Source of the DNA: an uncultured Acidobacteriota bacterium
Lineage (GTDB): Bacteria; Acidobacteriota; Terriglobia; Acidiferrales; UBA7541
DNA: 64,000 nucleotides
Direction: 5' to 3'
Assembly (NCBI GenBank): GCA_963753475.1
Contig: CAVWCN010000022.1
Span: 14,036-78,035 of the forward strand
Shown here: piece after piece, positions 39,237 through 48,319 of the stretch
Numbering within the stretch: the stretch's first letter is position 1
Layout of the letters: each line of letters starts with the position of its first letter
Position numbers and translations under genes: made by a program
Notes under the pieces: model-generated
The model's database searches: none
What the model was told of the DNA's origin: nothing
What the model saw: only the letters and a program-made list of their open reading frames with translations

Positions 39237-41435
39237 CTACTGAATTGGCAGCCATGCGCGGCACTCCGACTCGTTGGTCGGCGAGACGAGAGGAGGTCCC
39301 GTCTTGAAACGAATCACCCCGTCCGAGGTCGAACAGAAGCTCCGCGTTCCGGTGTTAGCGTCGACCGGAGTGGCGACCACGACGAAATCGCCGCACTTTT
39401 GCCCACTGCAAGCGGCGGCAACGCTGAAGCGGAATCCATGCTGGGTGCACCACGCGCCCGCGGTACAGCTCGGATTTGCGATAGCGGCATTCAGCATAGC
39501 CGCATGGTCGGCTGTATAGCTCGGCCCGGCGGGATTCGGTCCCAGCGTCGCCAGATCGGGCGCGTATCCTCTCTGCGGATAAGTGCCGGAGTAGGTGACC
39601 TGCGCGGTTACCACCGAGCGCAACGTTCCTGCTGCGGACGATTCATTCGCCGCCACTCTGGATCGTAGGAGGTTGGGAATTGCAATGGCCGCACCGACCA
39701 GGACGACTCCCGCGTCCATGCCGGGGTTGGTGCTTTCGCCGCGAATCGTGGTTTCGTCCCCGTAAGCGCAAGCCACAAGCGGTTTGTTCGTTCCGGCCAA
39801 ACGCGAAAGAGACTCAGCCAGATCCGGCGACAACCGCTGCAGCTTCAGCGCCGTCATCGCGACTGGATCCTCATAGAACAACGCCGAGACGCCGGATGCG
39901 TTGCCGGGCGGGAGTGCCGCCAGGAATTTTGCGGATTTTCCGAGTGATTCGCCGGTGCCGTGGAGGCGAACGGCTTCGGCGAGCGCGTCCCGGCTCGAGG
40001 CTACGATCAGATAGCCGCGCGCAAACGCGTAACTGACTTCCGTCGCGGCCTTCCCGGACGGAACGCGCGCCGTGTAATACGTGATTCCTCCTTCGTTCAT
40101 CTGCTCGGTCCCGACGTGCATTGCGGTGAACAAGGTGTTCAACGTTTTCTGTAAATGGGCGGCGTCGTTGACGCTGAGGACGGCCTTCCATGTTGCCTTC
40201 TGCGGCGTAACCTCGTCGAGTTCGAGTGTGACTTCGCCGCCGAGTTGGGCAAGCAGGTCGTCCCTCAGGCTGATCCCGAACATCTGCTGGAACTGCGTGA
40301 GGGCCGCAAATGCGCTGGGATTGGAAACCGTGGCCATGTCACGGATGTCGTCGAAGATCTGCGCGGGGCTTTTCAGGACCATACTGCTCACCAGCATCGG
40401 TTTCGCGGAAACGAAATCCAGGCTGCCAAGCGGACGCGGCGCGGCCAGCCAGGATGCCGCCCCGTGCCTCGGGCCCGTGAAGCTCAATTCGCCGCTGCTC
40501 ACGGACTGGCCGGCGATGCTTTTGTGCTCCCATACAAAGTATTTCATGTCGGCAAATCCAGAGCGTTGAAGCGTCAACTGGCTTTGCTTCGTGCCCGGGA
40601 TTCGGCTGAGCATCGTGTGCACATCTGCGGCAGCCAGGACGGTGGCGCCACCCTCATAGGCGCTCCCGATGCGCTGGCCAAACGGGGTGGAACCGAAGCC
40701 GGCGCCGGGACGATCCAAACGCGCGTTGAAATTGCGCAGAGTCGCCAGATCGAATGACGCGACCGCGATATCCGAGCGGACCAGCACCAGCAGATCTTGT
40801 CCCGGGCGGCCGCCGGACGCGGCTGCCAGGTCACGCGGGTCCAATACGCGCACATGAAGATTCGAGTTGTCCGGAAGCGCAATCAGCAGTTGGTGAAGCG
40901 CTTCCTTCAAGCCCGGTTTTCGAACGTGGGCGATGGCCAGAACCTTGGGATCATGGCCGTCTGTTGCGGCCGACAGCACGGTTTCGGGACCCAGATATTG
41001 CGAGATTTCGTAGAACTTCTCGACAGAATCCTCCAGCTTGTCGCCGCGATCTCCAGGCTCCATACGCAGCCACCACTCGCGTAGGGCAGCGCTCTGCTGC
41101 AACTCCTGCCGGAAAATATTCAACGCCTGGCGCGCGGCGTCTCCATAGTTGGGGAGTGCGGCGTAAAAGGTTGTCGATTCGGGAACCAGCGGAAGTATGA
41201 GGCTTTCCGTGCGCGGCGGAGGGAATTGAACCTCACCCTGGAACCTGGTCATCAGCTTGCCAAATTCGGTGAGCAGTTCGGGATTATTCGTTACGCTCTG
41301 CAGGTCGTTGCCGCTGCTCTGGACTGGCGGCTTGCTCTGCGCTGAACAAGCGGGCGCAACGAAAAACATCAGGGCGGTAATTGCCGCACCGTTGACGGCA
41401 GAAACGCGCCGCTGGAAGGTTGGGGCGTGTCGCAT
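39237..41435 (-). CDS. Large secreted protein of unknown function with a C-terminal type IV pilin-like module
   Basis: Intact 732-aa ORF with a signal peptide (AITALMFFVAPACSAQS). About 570 aa are an unrecognised domain. After that comes GVVLVGAAIAIPNLLRSRVAANESSAAGTLRSVVTAQVTYSGTY..., matching the distal alpha-1 helix and head of acidobacterial type IV pilins but lacking the G/FTLIE leader. Confidence 0.7.
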   Translation of the reverse strand: MRHAPTFQRRVSAVNGAAITALMFFVAPACSAQSKPPVQSSGNDLQSVTNNPELLTEFGKLMTRFQGEVQFPPPRTESLILPLVPESTTFYAALPNYGDAARQALNIFRQELQQSAALREWWLRMEPGDRGDKLEDSVEKFYEISQYLGPETVLSAATDGHDPKVLAIAHVRKPGLKEALHQLLIALPDNSNLHVRVLDPRDLAAASGGRPGQDLLVLVRSDIAVASFDLATLRNFNARLDRPGAGFGSTPFGQRIGSAYEGGATVLAAADVHTMLSRIPGTKQSQLTLQRSGFADMKYFVWEHKSIAGQSVSSGELSFTGPRHGAASWLAAPRPLGSLDFVSAKPMLVSSMVLKSPAQIFDDIRDMATVSNPSAFAALTQFQQMFGISLRDDLLAQLGGEVTLELDEVTPQKATWKAVLSVNDAAHLQKTLNTLFTAMHVGTEQMNEGGITYYTARVPSGKAATEVSYAFARGYLIVASSRDALAEAVRLHGTGESLGKSAKFLAALPPGNASGVSALFYEDPVAMTALKLQRLSPDLAESLSRLAGTNKPLVACAYGDETTIRGESTNPGMDAGVVLVGAAIAIPNLLRSRVAANESSAAGTLRSVVTAQVTYSGTYPQRGYAPDLATLGPNPAGPSYTADHAAMLNAAIANPSCTAGAWCTQHGFRFSVAAACSGQKCGDFVVVATPVDANTGTRSFCSTSDGVIRFKTGPPLVSPTNESECRAWLPIQ

Positions 41436-41675
41436 CCGTGTTGCCTCCGGTTGGAAAGCTCAGGATAGCCTGTCCCCGCCCTTTGCAGCTTCAAAACGGC
41501 CCCGCTGTTGACTCAGGGGCAACAGTCGGCGACGTGCGATCGGAGGAGTCATTCGCATGATTAGGATTCGGAAGCCTGGCAGCTCACCTTTCCGAGGCGC
41601 ACTCTGTCGCGCGACGCGTCCCTGTTTGCCAGGCATCCTCGCAGGACGGATACGCGATTGTGATAGCCTTCTGCC

Positions 41676-42146
41676 ATGACTACTTTCTTGCGATTTCTGC
41701 AATTCTTTGCGCTGGGGACGTGGATTGGCGGAATCATCTTCTTGAGTTTTGTCGAAGCGCCGGGAGTTTTCGGCCTCTTGCCGAACCTCGATCAGGCCGG
41801 GAGCGTGGTTGGGTATTCATTGACCCGCTTACACTACATCGGCATCGCGGCGGCTGCGGTTTATGTCCTTGCGGGATTCGGCTTGGTGGCGGCCCGAAAA
41901 TGGCTGACCGCGCCGGCCGTGGCTCTCGTGCTGCTGATGCTCGCGCTGACGCTCGTCTCCGAATTCGGCGTGCGGCCTCGGATGGACCGCTTGCGTACGC
42001 AGATGGCCTCCATCGAAGCTACGCCGCCGGAGAATCCGCTGCGCGTTCGGTTTGACCGCTTGCATCGCGCGTCGGTGGGACTTGAGGGGGCGACGCTGCT
42101 GATCGGGTTGGTGGCCCTGGCCTTCACCGTGCGTGTCCCGTCGTAG
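41676..42146 (+). CDS. DUF4149-like membrane protein (4 TM)
   Basis: ORF 41676..42146 reads MTTFLRFLQFFALGTWIGGIIFLSFVEAPGVF...AGSVVGYSL. Family assigned from memory. Confidence 0.5.
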   Translation: MTTFLRFLQFFALGTWIGGIIFLSFVEAPGVFGLLPNLDQAGSVVGYSLTRLHYIGIAAAAVYVLAGFGLVAARKWLTAPAVALVLLMLALTLVSEFGVRPRMDRLRTQMASIEATPPENPLRVRFDRLHRASVGLEGATLLIGLVALAFTVRVPS

Positions 42147-42268
42147 CCGCACTCTCGATGTAGGCAGACAAAACCGCCTCCTGCGTGTTCGTTCGTATGG
42201 GTGTTGCTCCTTGTTTTGGGTTAAAAGCCGCGAGTGTGGGAGAAGGAAGCTTGGGGATGCACCGTCAC

Positions 42269-42295
42269 CGGGAAGGCGCAGCGATTCCCGTTTTT
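42269..42295 (+). terminator. Candidate intrinsic terminator (cgggaa-N10-ttcccg followed by TTTTT)
   Basis: Read directly: a 6-bp stem at 42269-42274/42285-42290, then a T5 run at 42291-42295. It lies about 120 nt downstream of the DUF4149 stop. The stem is short, so this is weak. Confidence 0.35.
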
Positions 42296-42342
42296 AGTAA
42301 CTGTGGGTCGAAATGGATTGTGGGATTAGAGCGTGGAGCGAG

Positions 42343-45069
42343 CTATTCGTATCGCAACGCAATCATGGGATCGACACGCATCGCGCGCCGCGACGGTATG
42401 TAGCAGGCCAGAACCGCGACGGCGACGAGAACGATGATGGCCAGGGCGAGCGTTGATGGGTCGTTGGGTTTGAGACCAAAGAGAAGGCCCTTCGCCAACC
42501 GCGAAATCCAGATGGAGCCGAGGAGTCCCGCGGCCGCGCCCGCAGCGAGGACAATGGCGGCGTCGCGCATGACGAGGCGGAGGATGGAGCTTCGCTGCGC
42601 GCCGAGCGCCATGCGAATGCCGATTTCGTGGGTGCGAAGGGTGACGACGTAAGCCATCACTCCGTACAAGCCGATGGCGGTGAGCAAGAGAGCAAGGCCG
42701 CCGAAGAATCCGGACAGGGCGGCCATTAAATGCTGCTGCAGGATGGAGTCGTCGGCTTCCTGTTTGAGCGTAGTGAATTGCAGCGATGCAAGTTTGTTGA
42801 TGCTGCCCATCGCGTCGCGGATGGCGGGAATCAGCGCGGACGGCGGCATTGCGGTGCGAATCTCAAAGGCCGTGTCCTCACTAACATTTGTCTGTATCTG
42901 GGAGAGCGGAAAATAGGCTTCGGGAGTGGGATCTTCGTTCAGCGAACTGTACTTCGCATCCTGCACCACTCCGATGATTTCCATCGGCTGCCTGAGCATT
43001 TCACGCGTGTCGGATGAGACTGTACCGACCATCAGATGCTGACCGATGGGGCTTTGGCTGCCGAAGTAACGCCGGGCCAGCAGTTGATTGACGACAACGA
43101 CGGGTGTGGAAGTTGCGGAATCGCGCGCGTCAAACGCGCGTCCTTCCAACAGACGCGTCCGCATGGTCTCGAAGTATCCTGGTGTCGCCCAGTTCAGCAA
43201 AGTGTCTGGCTCGACGCCGGGCGGAAGAGCATGTCCCGGCACCGTCACGTCGTTATCCCATTGTTTGCCGGAGAGCGGCTCCATCCAGCACTGGCTCGCC
43301 GATACAACACCGGGCAGCACTCGCAATTTCGACAGCATTTGACTATACAGCGGAGCGCGGGACGGTTCTGGGATCCCCGCATTGTGAATATTCGTTTCAA
43401 CCATGAGGACATCGTTGCGGTCGAAGCCCGCGTTGAGAGTCATGAGATTCGCGAATGTGCGAATGAAAAGGCCGGCGCCGACGAGAAGAATCAGCGACAG
43501 GGCGACTTGGGCGGCGACAATCCAGCGCGCGGCAGAGGAATGCGAGCGTCCGCGCGCGGATTGCGACTGGCTCTCTTTCATCGCGGCCATGGCATCGATG
43601 CGCGTGGAGCGGAGCGCGGGCAATATTCCGAAGAGCAAGCCGCAGAGCACCGCGATGGCGATGGTGAAGGCGAGAACGCGGCCATCCATCTTCAGGTCGA
43701 GAAATACGGGACTCTGCTGCGTGGAGACGAAGCGCACGAGCAGCGCGCTGCCCCATCGCGCGAAAAGAACGCCGAGAATAGCACCAAGCCCAGACAGCAC
43801 AATGCTTTCGGTGAGCACCTGACGAATCAGGCGTCTGCGCGATGCGCCGAGAGCAAGGCGCACGGAGACTTCTTTCTGGCGCGCCGCAGAACGCGCGAGC
43901 AGCAGGCTGGCGATGTTTGCGCAGGCGATCAGCAGGACCAGTCCCACGACGAACATCAGGATTTCCAGCGGTTGGCTGTATTGTTGGCGCAGACTATAGA
44001 AGCCTCCGGTGCCCGTAGCACCGGGAAAAATGGAAAATGTGTATTTTCGAAATATATCCTGATACTTGGCGGCCCAATCCTGGGGCACGACTGCGCCGAA
44101 GAGTGGTGGGGATAAGACTTTCATGCGCGCGTCGGCCTGCTCGACGGTCGTTCCCGGCTTCAATCGGCCCATCATCATCAGCCACCAGTCGTCGCGTACA
44201 TCGAGCATCGAATCTTTGCCGTCCAAGACGGCTTCCGCGCAGATTGGTATTGCCACGTCCAGCTTTTCGCCAACATCCGTGCCGAAGAAGCCGCGCTGAG
44301 CGACACCGACAATCGGAAACGCATGGCCGTTCAATCGGATGAGGCCGCCGACAGCTGTCTCGGCACCGGCGTAGTGGCTCTGCCAAAATCCGTAGCCGAG
44401 GACGGCTACGCCGGAACAGTTGCGAACATCGTCGGAAGCTGCAAAAAGCCGTCCCGATGCCGGACGCACACCAAGCATCCTGAAATAATCGCCGCTCGCG
44501 TAAATGCCGTTGATGTAGTTCACTTCTCCGCCGTCCGCGAGATCAAAAGTTGTCGGCGACCAGGCGATTACACCGGAAAAGGCATCCTGCTGGTCGCGCA
44601 CTTGCTCCCAGATAGCGTTTGTCACACTTATGCGGGGAGTAGGCGATACGGACGAGCGAAATTCGATTCGCACGAGTTGCTCGGGATTTTGCACGGGCAA
44701 CATGCGTAGCATGACGGCGTCGATGAGGCTGAAAATGGCGGTGTTTGCGCCGATGCCGAGCGCGAGTGAGAGCACAGCGGCGGCGGTGAATCCGGGCGAC
44801 TTGCGCAGCGCGCGGAGGCCATAGCACAAGTCCTGCCAGACCGAATCAAGAAACAACTGCGCGTCCGCCGCAATCACGCGTTCCTTCATTGCGGGCCTGC
44901 TCCCAAATCGCAGAACCGCATCGCGTCGTGCTTCTTTAGGCGGCATTCCGGCCGCAATGTTGTCTGCCGTGCGCATTTCGATGTGCGAACGCAGTTCCGC
45001 CTCGATCTCTTGGTCCAGCTTCGAGCGGTGAAATAAATTCGTGATTCGGCGAAAAATGGACATGCTCAC
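42343..45069 (-). CDS. ADOP-family duplicated orphan permease (MacB/FtsX-like), long-N-terminus type
   Basis: Intact 908-aa ORF. The N-terminal extension MSMSIFRRITNLFHRSKLDQEIEAELRSHIEMRTADNIAAG is followed by two MacB_PCD/FtsX halves. The start overlaps the upstream stop (ATGA). Confidence 0.9.
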   Translation of the reverse strand: MSMSIFRRITNLFHRSKLDQEIEAELRSHIEMRTADNIAAGMPPKEARRDAVLRFGSRPAMKERVIAADAQLFLDSVWQDLCYGLRALRKSPGFTAAAVLSLALGIGANTAIFSLIDAVMLRMLPVQNPEQLVRIEFRSSVSPTPRISVTNAIWEQVRDQQDAFSGVIAWSPTTFDLADGGEVNYINGIYASGDYFRMLGVRPASGRLFAASDDVRNCSGVAVLGYGFWQSHYAGAETAVGGLIRLNGHAFPIVGVAQRGFFGTDVGEKLDVAIPICAEAVLDGKDSMLDVRDDWWLMMMGRLKPGTTVEQADARMKVLSPPLFGAVVPQDWAAKYQDIFRKYTFSIFPGATGTGGFYSLRQQYSQPLEILMFVVGLVLLIACANIASLLLARSAARQKEVSVRLALGASRRRLIRQVLTESIVLSGLGAILGVLFARWGSALLVRFVSTQQSPVFLDLKMDGRVLAFTIAIAVLCGLLFGILPALRSTRIDAMAAMKESQSQSARGRSHSSAARWIVAAQVALSLILLVGAGLFIRTFANLMTLNAGFDRNDVLMVETNIHNAGIPEPSRAPLYSQMLSKLRVLPGVVSASQCWMEPLSGKQWDNDVTVPGHALPPGVEPDTLLNWATPGYFETMRTRLLEGRAFDARDSATSTPVVVVNQLLARRYFGSQSPIGQHLMVGTVSSDTREMLRQPMEIIGVVQDAKYSSLNEDPTPEAYFPLSQIQTNVSEDTAFEIRTAMPPSALIPAIRDAMGSINKLASLQFTTLKQEADDSILQQHLMAALSGFFGGLALLLTAIGLYGVMAYVVTLRTHEIGIRMALGAQRSSILRLVMRDAAIVLAAGAAAGLLGSIWISRLAKGLLFGLKPNDPSTLALAIIVLVAVAVLACYIPSRRAMRVDPMIALRYE

Positions 45070-47759
45070 TCGTACCTCATGGCGACCATGGGATCGACTC
45101 TCGCGGCCCGCCAGGCAGGGATGCAGCTCACACCCACAACAACTACAAACACGAGAACAACCACCATTGCAAAAGCGACCGGATTATCGGGATTAATGCC
45201 GAAGAGCAAGCCTTTGAGCAGGCGCATGCTTGCGAGAGCGACAGGTACGCTGATGATCGCCCCGACGATCACGAGGTGTAGTCCTCGACGAATTACCTGC
45301 ATCACTACGTCTCGCGGCTGCGCCCCGAGGGCCAGACGCAGCCCGATCTCTTTCGTGCGCAGCGTTACACTTCGTGCGAGCACACCGTAGAGACCGAGAG
45401 CGACGAGCAATAGAGCGACGCACCCGAAGGAGACAGAAAGACTCATCAGCATTCGTTCCTTTTCGAGATTATTCTTGATGAGCTCGTCGAACGTGAATAT
45501 CTCCGGGTCGGGAACGCCCGGGACTTGTTTTCGGACGGCGTTTCGGATGGCTTCTGCGGCTAGGCTCGAACTCCGCACAGCAAACGAGGCCTGCGTTCCC
45601 CACTCCCAGTCGGTCACAGGATTGTAAAGCATGCGGGGAGCGGGTTCACGCAGCGACAGGAAGCGCGCGTCTTCGGACACGCCGATCACGCGGCACGCGT
45701 TTCTGGGATCCAGATCTTGACCGTCTTTCTGCGGATCCTCGCCGCCGGAGTAGACAAACCTGCCGACGGCATCTTCGTTCGGGAAAAAGTAGGCGGCGGC
45801 AGACGAGCCGAGGACGCACACACGCGCGCCATTCTCGTCCGCGTGGGTGAAGCCGCGGCCTTCCAGGATTCGTGTTCCCATAACCTCAAAATAGGTGGGA
45901 GAGGCGAACTCAACCCACGTCCTCATATCGGTATGAACCGCACCATGCTTTCCTAATGAAAAGTAGTGCGATGCAGTCCAACCGCCATCGATCGGAACGC
46001 CGGGAAGGATGGTCGAAGCTTCCACGCCTGGGGTGGCTTTTAGAGCCGTCGCAATATCCCGAACATCCCGGCCCGCTTGCTTTGGCGTAGGCTTTACAGA
46101 ACTCAAATCGACAGTGGCGAAGGTCACGCCGTTGGGGCGGAAACCCGCATGTTCCGACAACAGATGAACGAAGGTCCCGCCCAGCAACACGGCGGAGGTC
46201 AGCAGCGTGATGCTGATAGCTACCTGAGCTGGCACGATCCAAGTGCCGAGCCGCTTCGACGAGAAAGACGAAACCGCTTCGCTCCGCTTCAAGTCTAAAG
46301 CGGGGTCGATGCGGCTGGCGCGCAATGCGGGCCAAAGTCCAGCAACTAGGACGGAGACTAGAGTTGCGCCCGCCGCAAATGCCAGGATCGCGGTCTGAGG
46401 GGCAACATCCAGTACCGGTGGCTGGCCGATCATCCCCAGCATCGAAACCAGCGAGCGCGCCGCTGCCCATCCCAGCCAGATGCCAAGCCCGAGTCCGCAC
46501 GCCGCCAGGATTCCAACTTCGGTGAGCATCTGCCGCAGCAAGCGCCTGCGTGACGCGCCGAGAGTCCCGCGAACGGCAAATTCGCGAAACCGGCCTGTGA
46601 CGCGAGCGAGCATCAGGAGAGCCGCATTCGCGCAGCAAAGAAGCAGAAGCAGCCCGACCAGCACTTCCAACAGCAGTAACGGCTGGCTATAATCGGCCCT
46701 CAAGAACGATCTACCTGACCGACCGCTTTCGACATGAAATTGGAGCCCGCCCATAAACCGATGGCTCGGGTCGGCCTCCTCGCGCACGATTTTCGCTGTG
46801 GCTTGCAAATTTGCACGAGCCGACTCGAGCGATTCTCCGGGCTTTAGCCTGCCGATTACCGTCAGCCAGTTGTCGCCCGGAGGGCCGTACCGCTCCGGTG
46901 TCGGAGCGTTGATGATTTGCTCGAACGAAAGGGGCAGGATGATATCGGCTCGCTCGCCGACAATCAGACCATCGAAGCCGGGCGGGAGCACGCCGATCAC
47001 TCTTACCGATCTTCCATTGATCGACAACGCCTGACCGAGCGCGGTTTTCTTACCGTCGAAATGTTGCTTCCAATACGAAAATCCAAGCAGCGCTTGATAG
47101 CCGTTCGGTCCGCCGCCGGGAGCGTCATCCTGTTCGCCAAACGTCCGCCCTATGTATGGCGCGACTTCCAGCACGCGAAAGCCATTTTCTGTGATCAGCG
47201 CGCCGCGCACGTCCGTTACGCTGCCGTTCCGGCGAACTGCCAGATCGGCTCCGCTCCAAGCCAGAATGTCTTGATCCACAGTTTCGTGCTTCCGAAGTGC
47301 GTCGTACGCGGGCCCCGAAATCGAAAGGTCTGTCAGACCTTCGCCCGGTGCGTCGAAAGAGTAGCGGACCAACTCATCCGGGTTTGGCACCGGCAGGCTC
47401 TTTAGAATCAGGGCGTAGGTCAGGCTGAAGATGGCGGTATTGGCGCCAATGCCGAGGGCGAGGGTGAGAACGGCGACGGCGGTGAAGCCCGGCCATTTGC
47501 GAAGCATGCGAACGCCGTAACACAAGTCCTGCCAGACCGAATCAAGAAACAACTGCGCGTCGGCTGCTGTCACGCGTTCCTTCAAGACCGCTCGATTGCC
47601 GAAGCGCAGAAGCGCATCGCGTCGTGCTTCTTTAGGCGGCACTCCGGCCGCAATGTTGTCTGCCGTGCGCATTTCGATGTGCGAACGCAGTTCCGCCTCG
47701 ATCTCTTGGTCCAGCTTCGAACGCTGAAATAAATTCGTGATTCGCCGAAGAATGGACAT
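45066..47759 (-). CDS. ADOP-family duplicated orphan permease (MacB/FtsX-like), long-N-terminus type
   Basis: Intact 897-aa ORF with the same architecture. It starts 4 nt after the PadR stop. Confidence 0.9.
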   Translation of the reverse strand: MSILRRITNLFQRSKLDQEIEAELRSHIEMRTADNIAAGVPPKEARRDALLRFGNRAVLKERVTAADAQLFLDSVWQDLCYGVRMLRKWPGFTAVAVLTLALGIGANTAIFSLTYALILKSLPVPNPDELVRYSFDAPGEGLTDLSISGPAYDALRKHETVDQDILAWSGADLAVRRNGSVTDVRGALITENGFRVLEVAPYIGRTFGEQDDAPGGGPNGYQALLGFSYWKQHFDGKKTALGQALSINGRSVRVIGVLPPGFDGLIVGERADIILPLSFEQIINAPTPERYGPPGDNWLTVIGRLKPGESLESARANLQATAKIVREEADPSHRFMGGLQFHVESGRSGRSFLRADYSQPLLLLEVLVGLLLLLCCANAALLMLARVTGRFREFAVRGTLGASRRRLLRQMLTEVGILAACGLGLGIWLGWAAARSLVSMLGMIGQPPVLDVAPQTAILAFAAGATLVSVLVAGLWPALRASRIDPALDLKRSEAVSSFSSKRLGTWIVPAQVAISITLLTSAVLLGGTFVHLLSEHAGFRPNGVTFATVDLSSVKPTPKQAGRDVRDIATALKATPGVEASTILPGVPIDGGWTASHYFSLGKHGAVHTDMRTWVEFASPTYFEVMGTRILEGRGFTHADENGARVCVLGSSAAAYFFPNEDAVGRFVYSGGEDPQKDGQDLDPRNACRVIGVSEDARFLSLREPAPRMLYNPVTDWEWGTQASFAVRSSSLAAEAIRNAVRKQVPGVPDPEIFTFDELIKNNLEKERMLMSLSVSFGCVALLLVALGLYGVLARSVTLRTKEIGLRLALGAQPRDVVMQVIRRGLHLVIVGAIISVPVALASMRLLKGLLFGINPDNPVAFAMVVVLVFVVVVGVSCIPAWRAARVDPMVAMRYE

Positions 47760-47762
47760 CGC

Positions 47763-48095
47763 TCACCCCTGCGCGTACCGCAACACTGCACGCACGCCTT
47801 TCACTACCTGTTCGAAACTTTCTTCGGCCTTACGCAGTTCCTTCTGGCCCGTAGCCGTCAGCCGGTAGTATTTCGCTTTGCGATTCGTCTCCGTCAGCTT
47901 CCACTCCGAGCGAATCCATCCGCTTTGCTCCATCCGGTGCAACGCGGGATATAGCGAACCCTCCTCGACCGACAATAGCTCGTCCGACGCTCGCTGGATG
48001 TGCAGCACGATTCCGTAGCCGTGCAGCTCCCCCATCTGCGAAAGGGTTTTCAGTGCCAGCAGGTCCAGACTTCCCTGAAGATCGTTTCTCGCCAT
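47763..48095 (-). CDS. PadR-family transcriptional regulator (acidobacterial type, leads the ADOP operon)
   Basis: The winged-HTH region LLALKTLSQMGELHGYGIVLHIQRASDELLSVEEGSLYPALHRMEQSGWI...KAKYYRLTATG is present. Confidence 0.9.
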   Translation of the reverse strand: MARNDLQGSLDLLALKTLSQMGELHGYGIVLHIQRASDELLSVEEGSLYPALHRMEQSGWIRSEWKLTETNRKAKYYRLTATGQKELRKAEESFEQVVKGVRAVLRYAQG

Positions 48096-48128
48096 TCTCC
48101 GATACCCCTAGACAGCTCAGTCTGATAA

Positions 48129-48158
48129 CAATTACGCCTAGAATGCTAGGTGTGTCAA
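48129..48158 (-). promoter_or_regulatory. Candidate PadR-operon promoter (TTGACA-18 nt-TAATTG) with a CCTAG-N4-CTAGG inverted repeat in the spacer
   Basis: On the minus strand, TTGACA is at 48158-48153 and TAATTG at 48134-48129. The palindrome cctagaatgctagg spans 48137-48150. The PadR ATG at 48095 is preceded by GGAG. Confidence 0.4.
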
Positions 48159-48194
48159 GGGCATTCTGCGCGCCGCCGAGTTCGTGAGAAGAAT

Positions 48195-48228
48195 CCGAGT
48201 CAGAGAGGCGTTGGCCTCTCTCACTCGG
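48195..48228 (-). terminator. Candidate intrinsic terminator downstream of nadB
   Basis: ccgagtcagagagg-cgttgg-cctctctcactcgg forms a 14-bp stem with one mismatch. On the minus-strand RNA it is followed by a moderately U-rich gauucuucuc. It lies about 90 nt after the nadB stop. Confidence 0.45.
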
Positions 48229-48319
48229 AACTGCGGGTGGATGCGGCAGCCGGTCAACCGGCAGCCTCGGGCAAGAACTCTTGGATGGTCCTGTATCCGC
48301 ATGCGCCGGAACGACAAAA

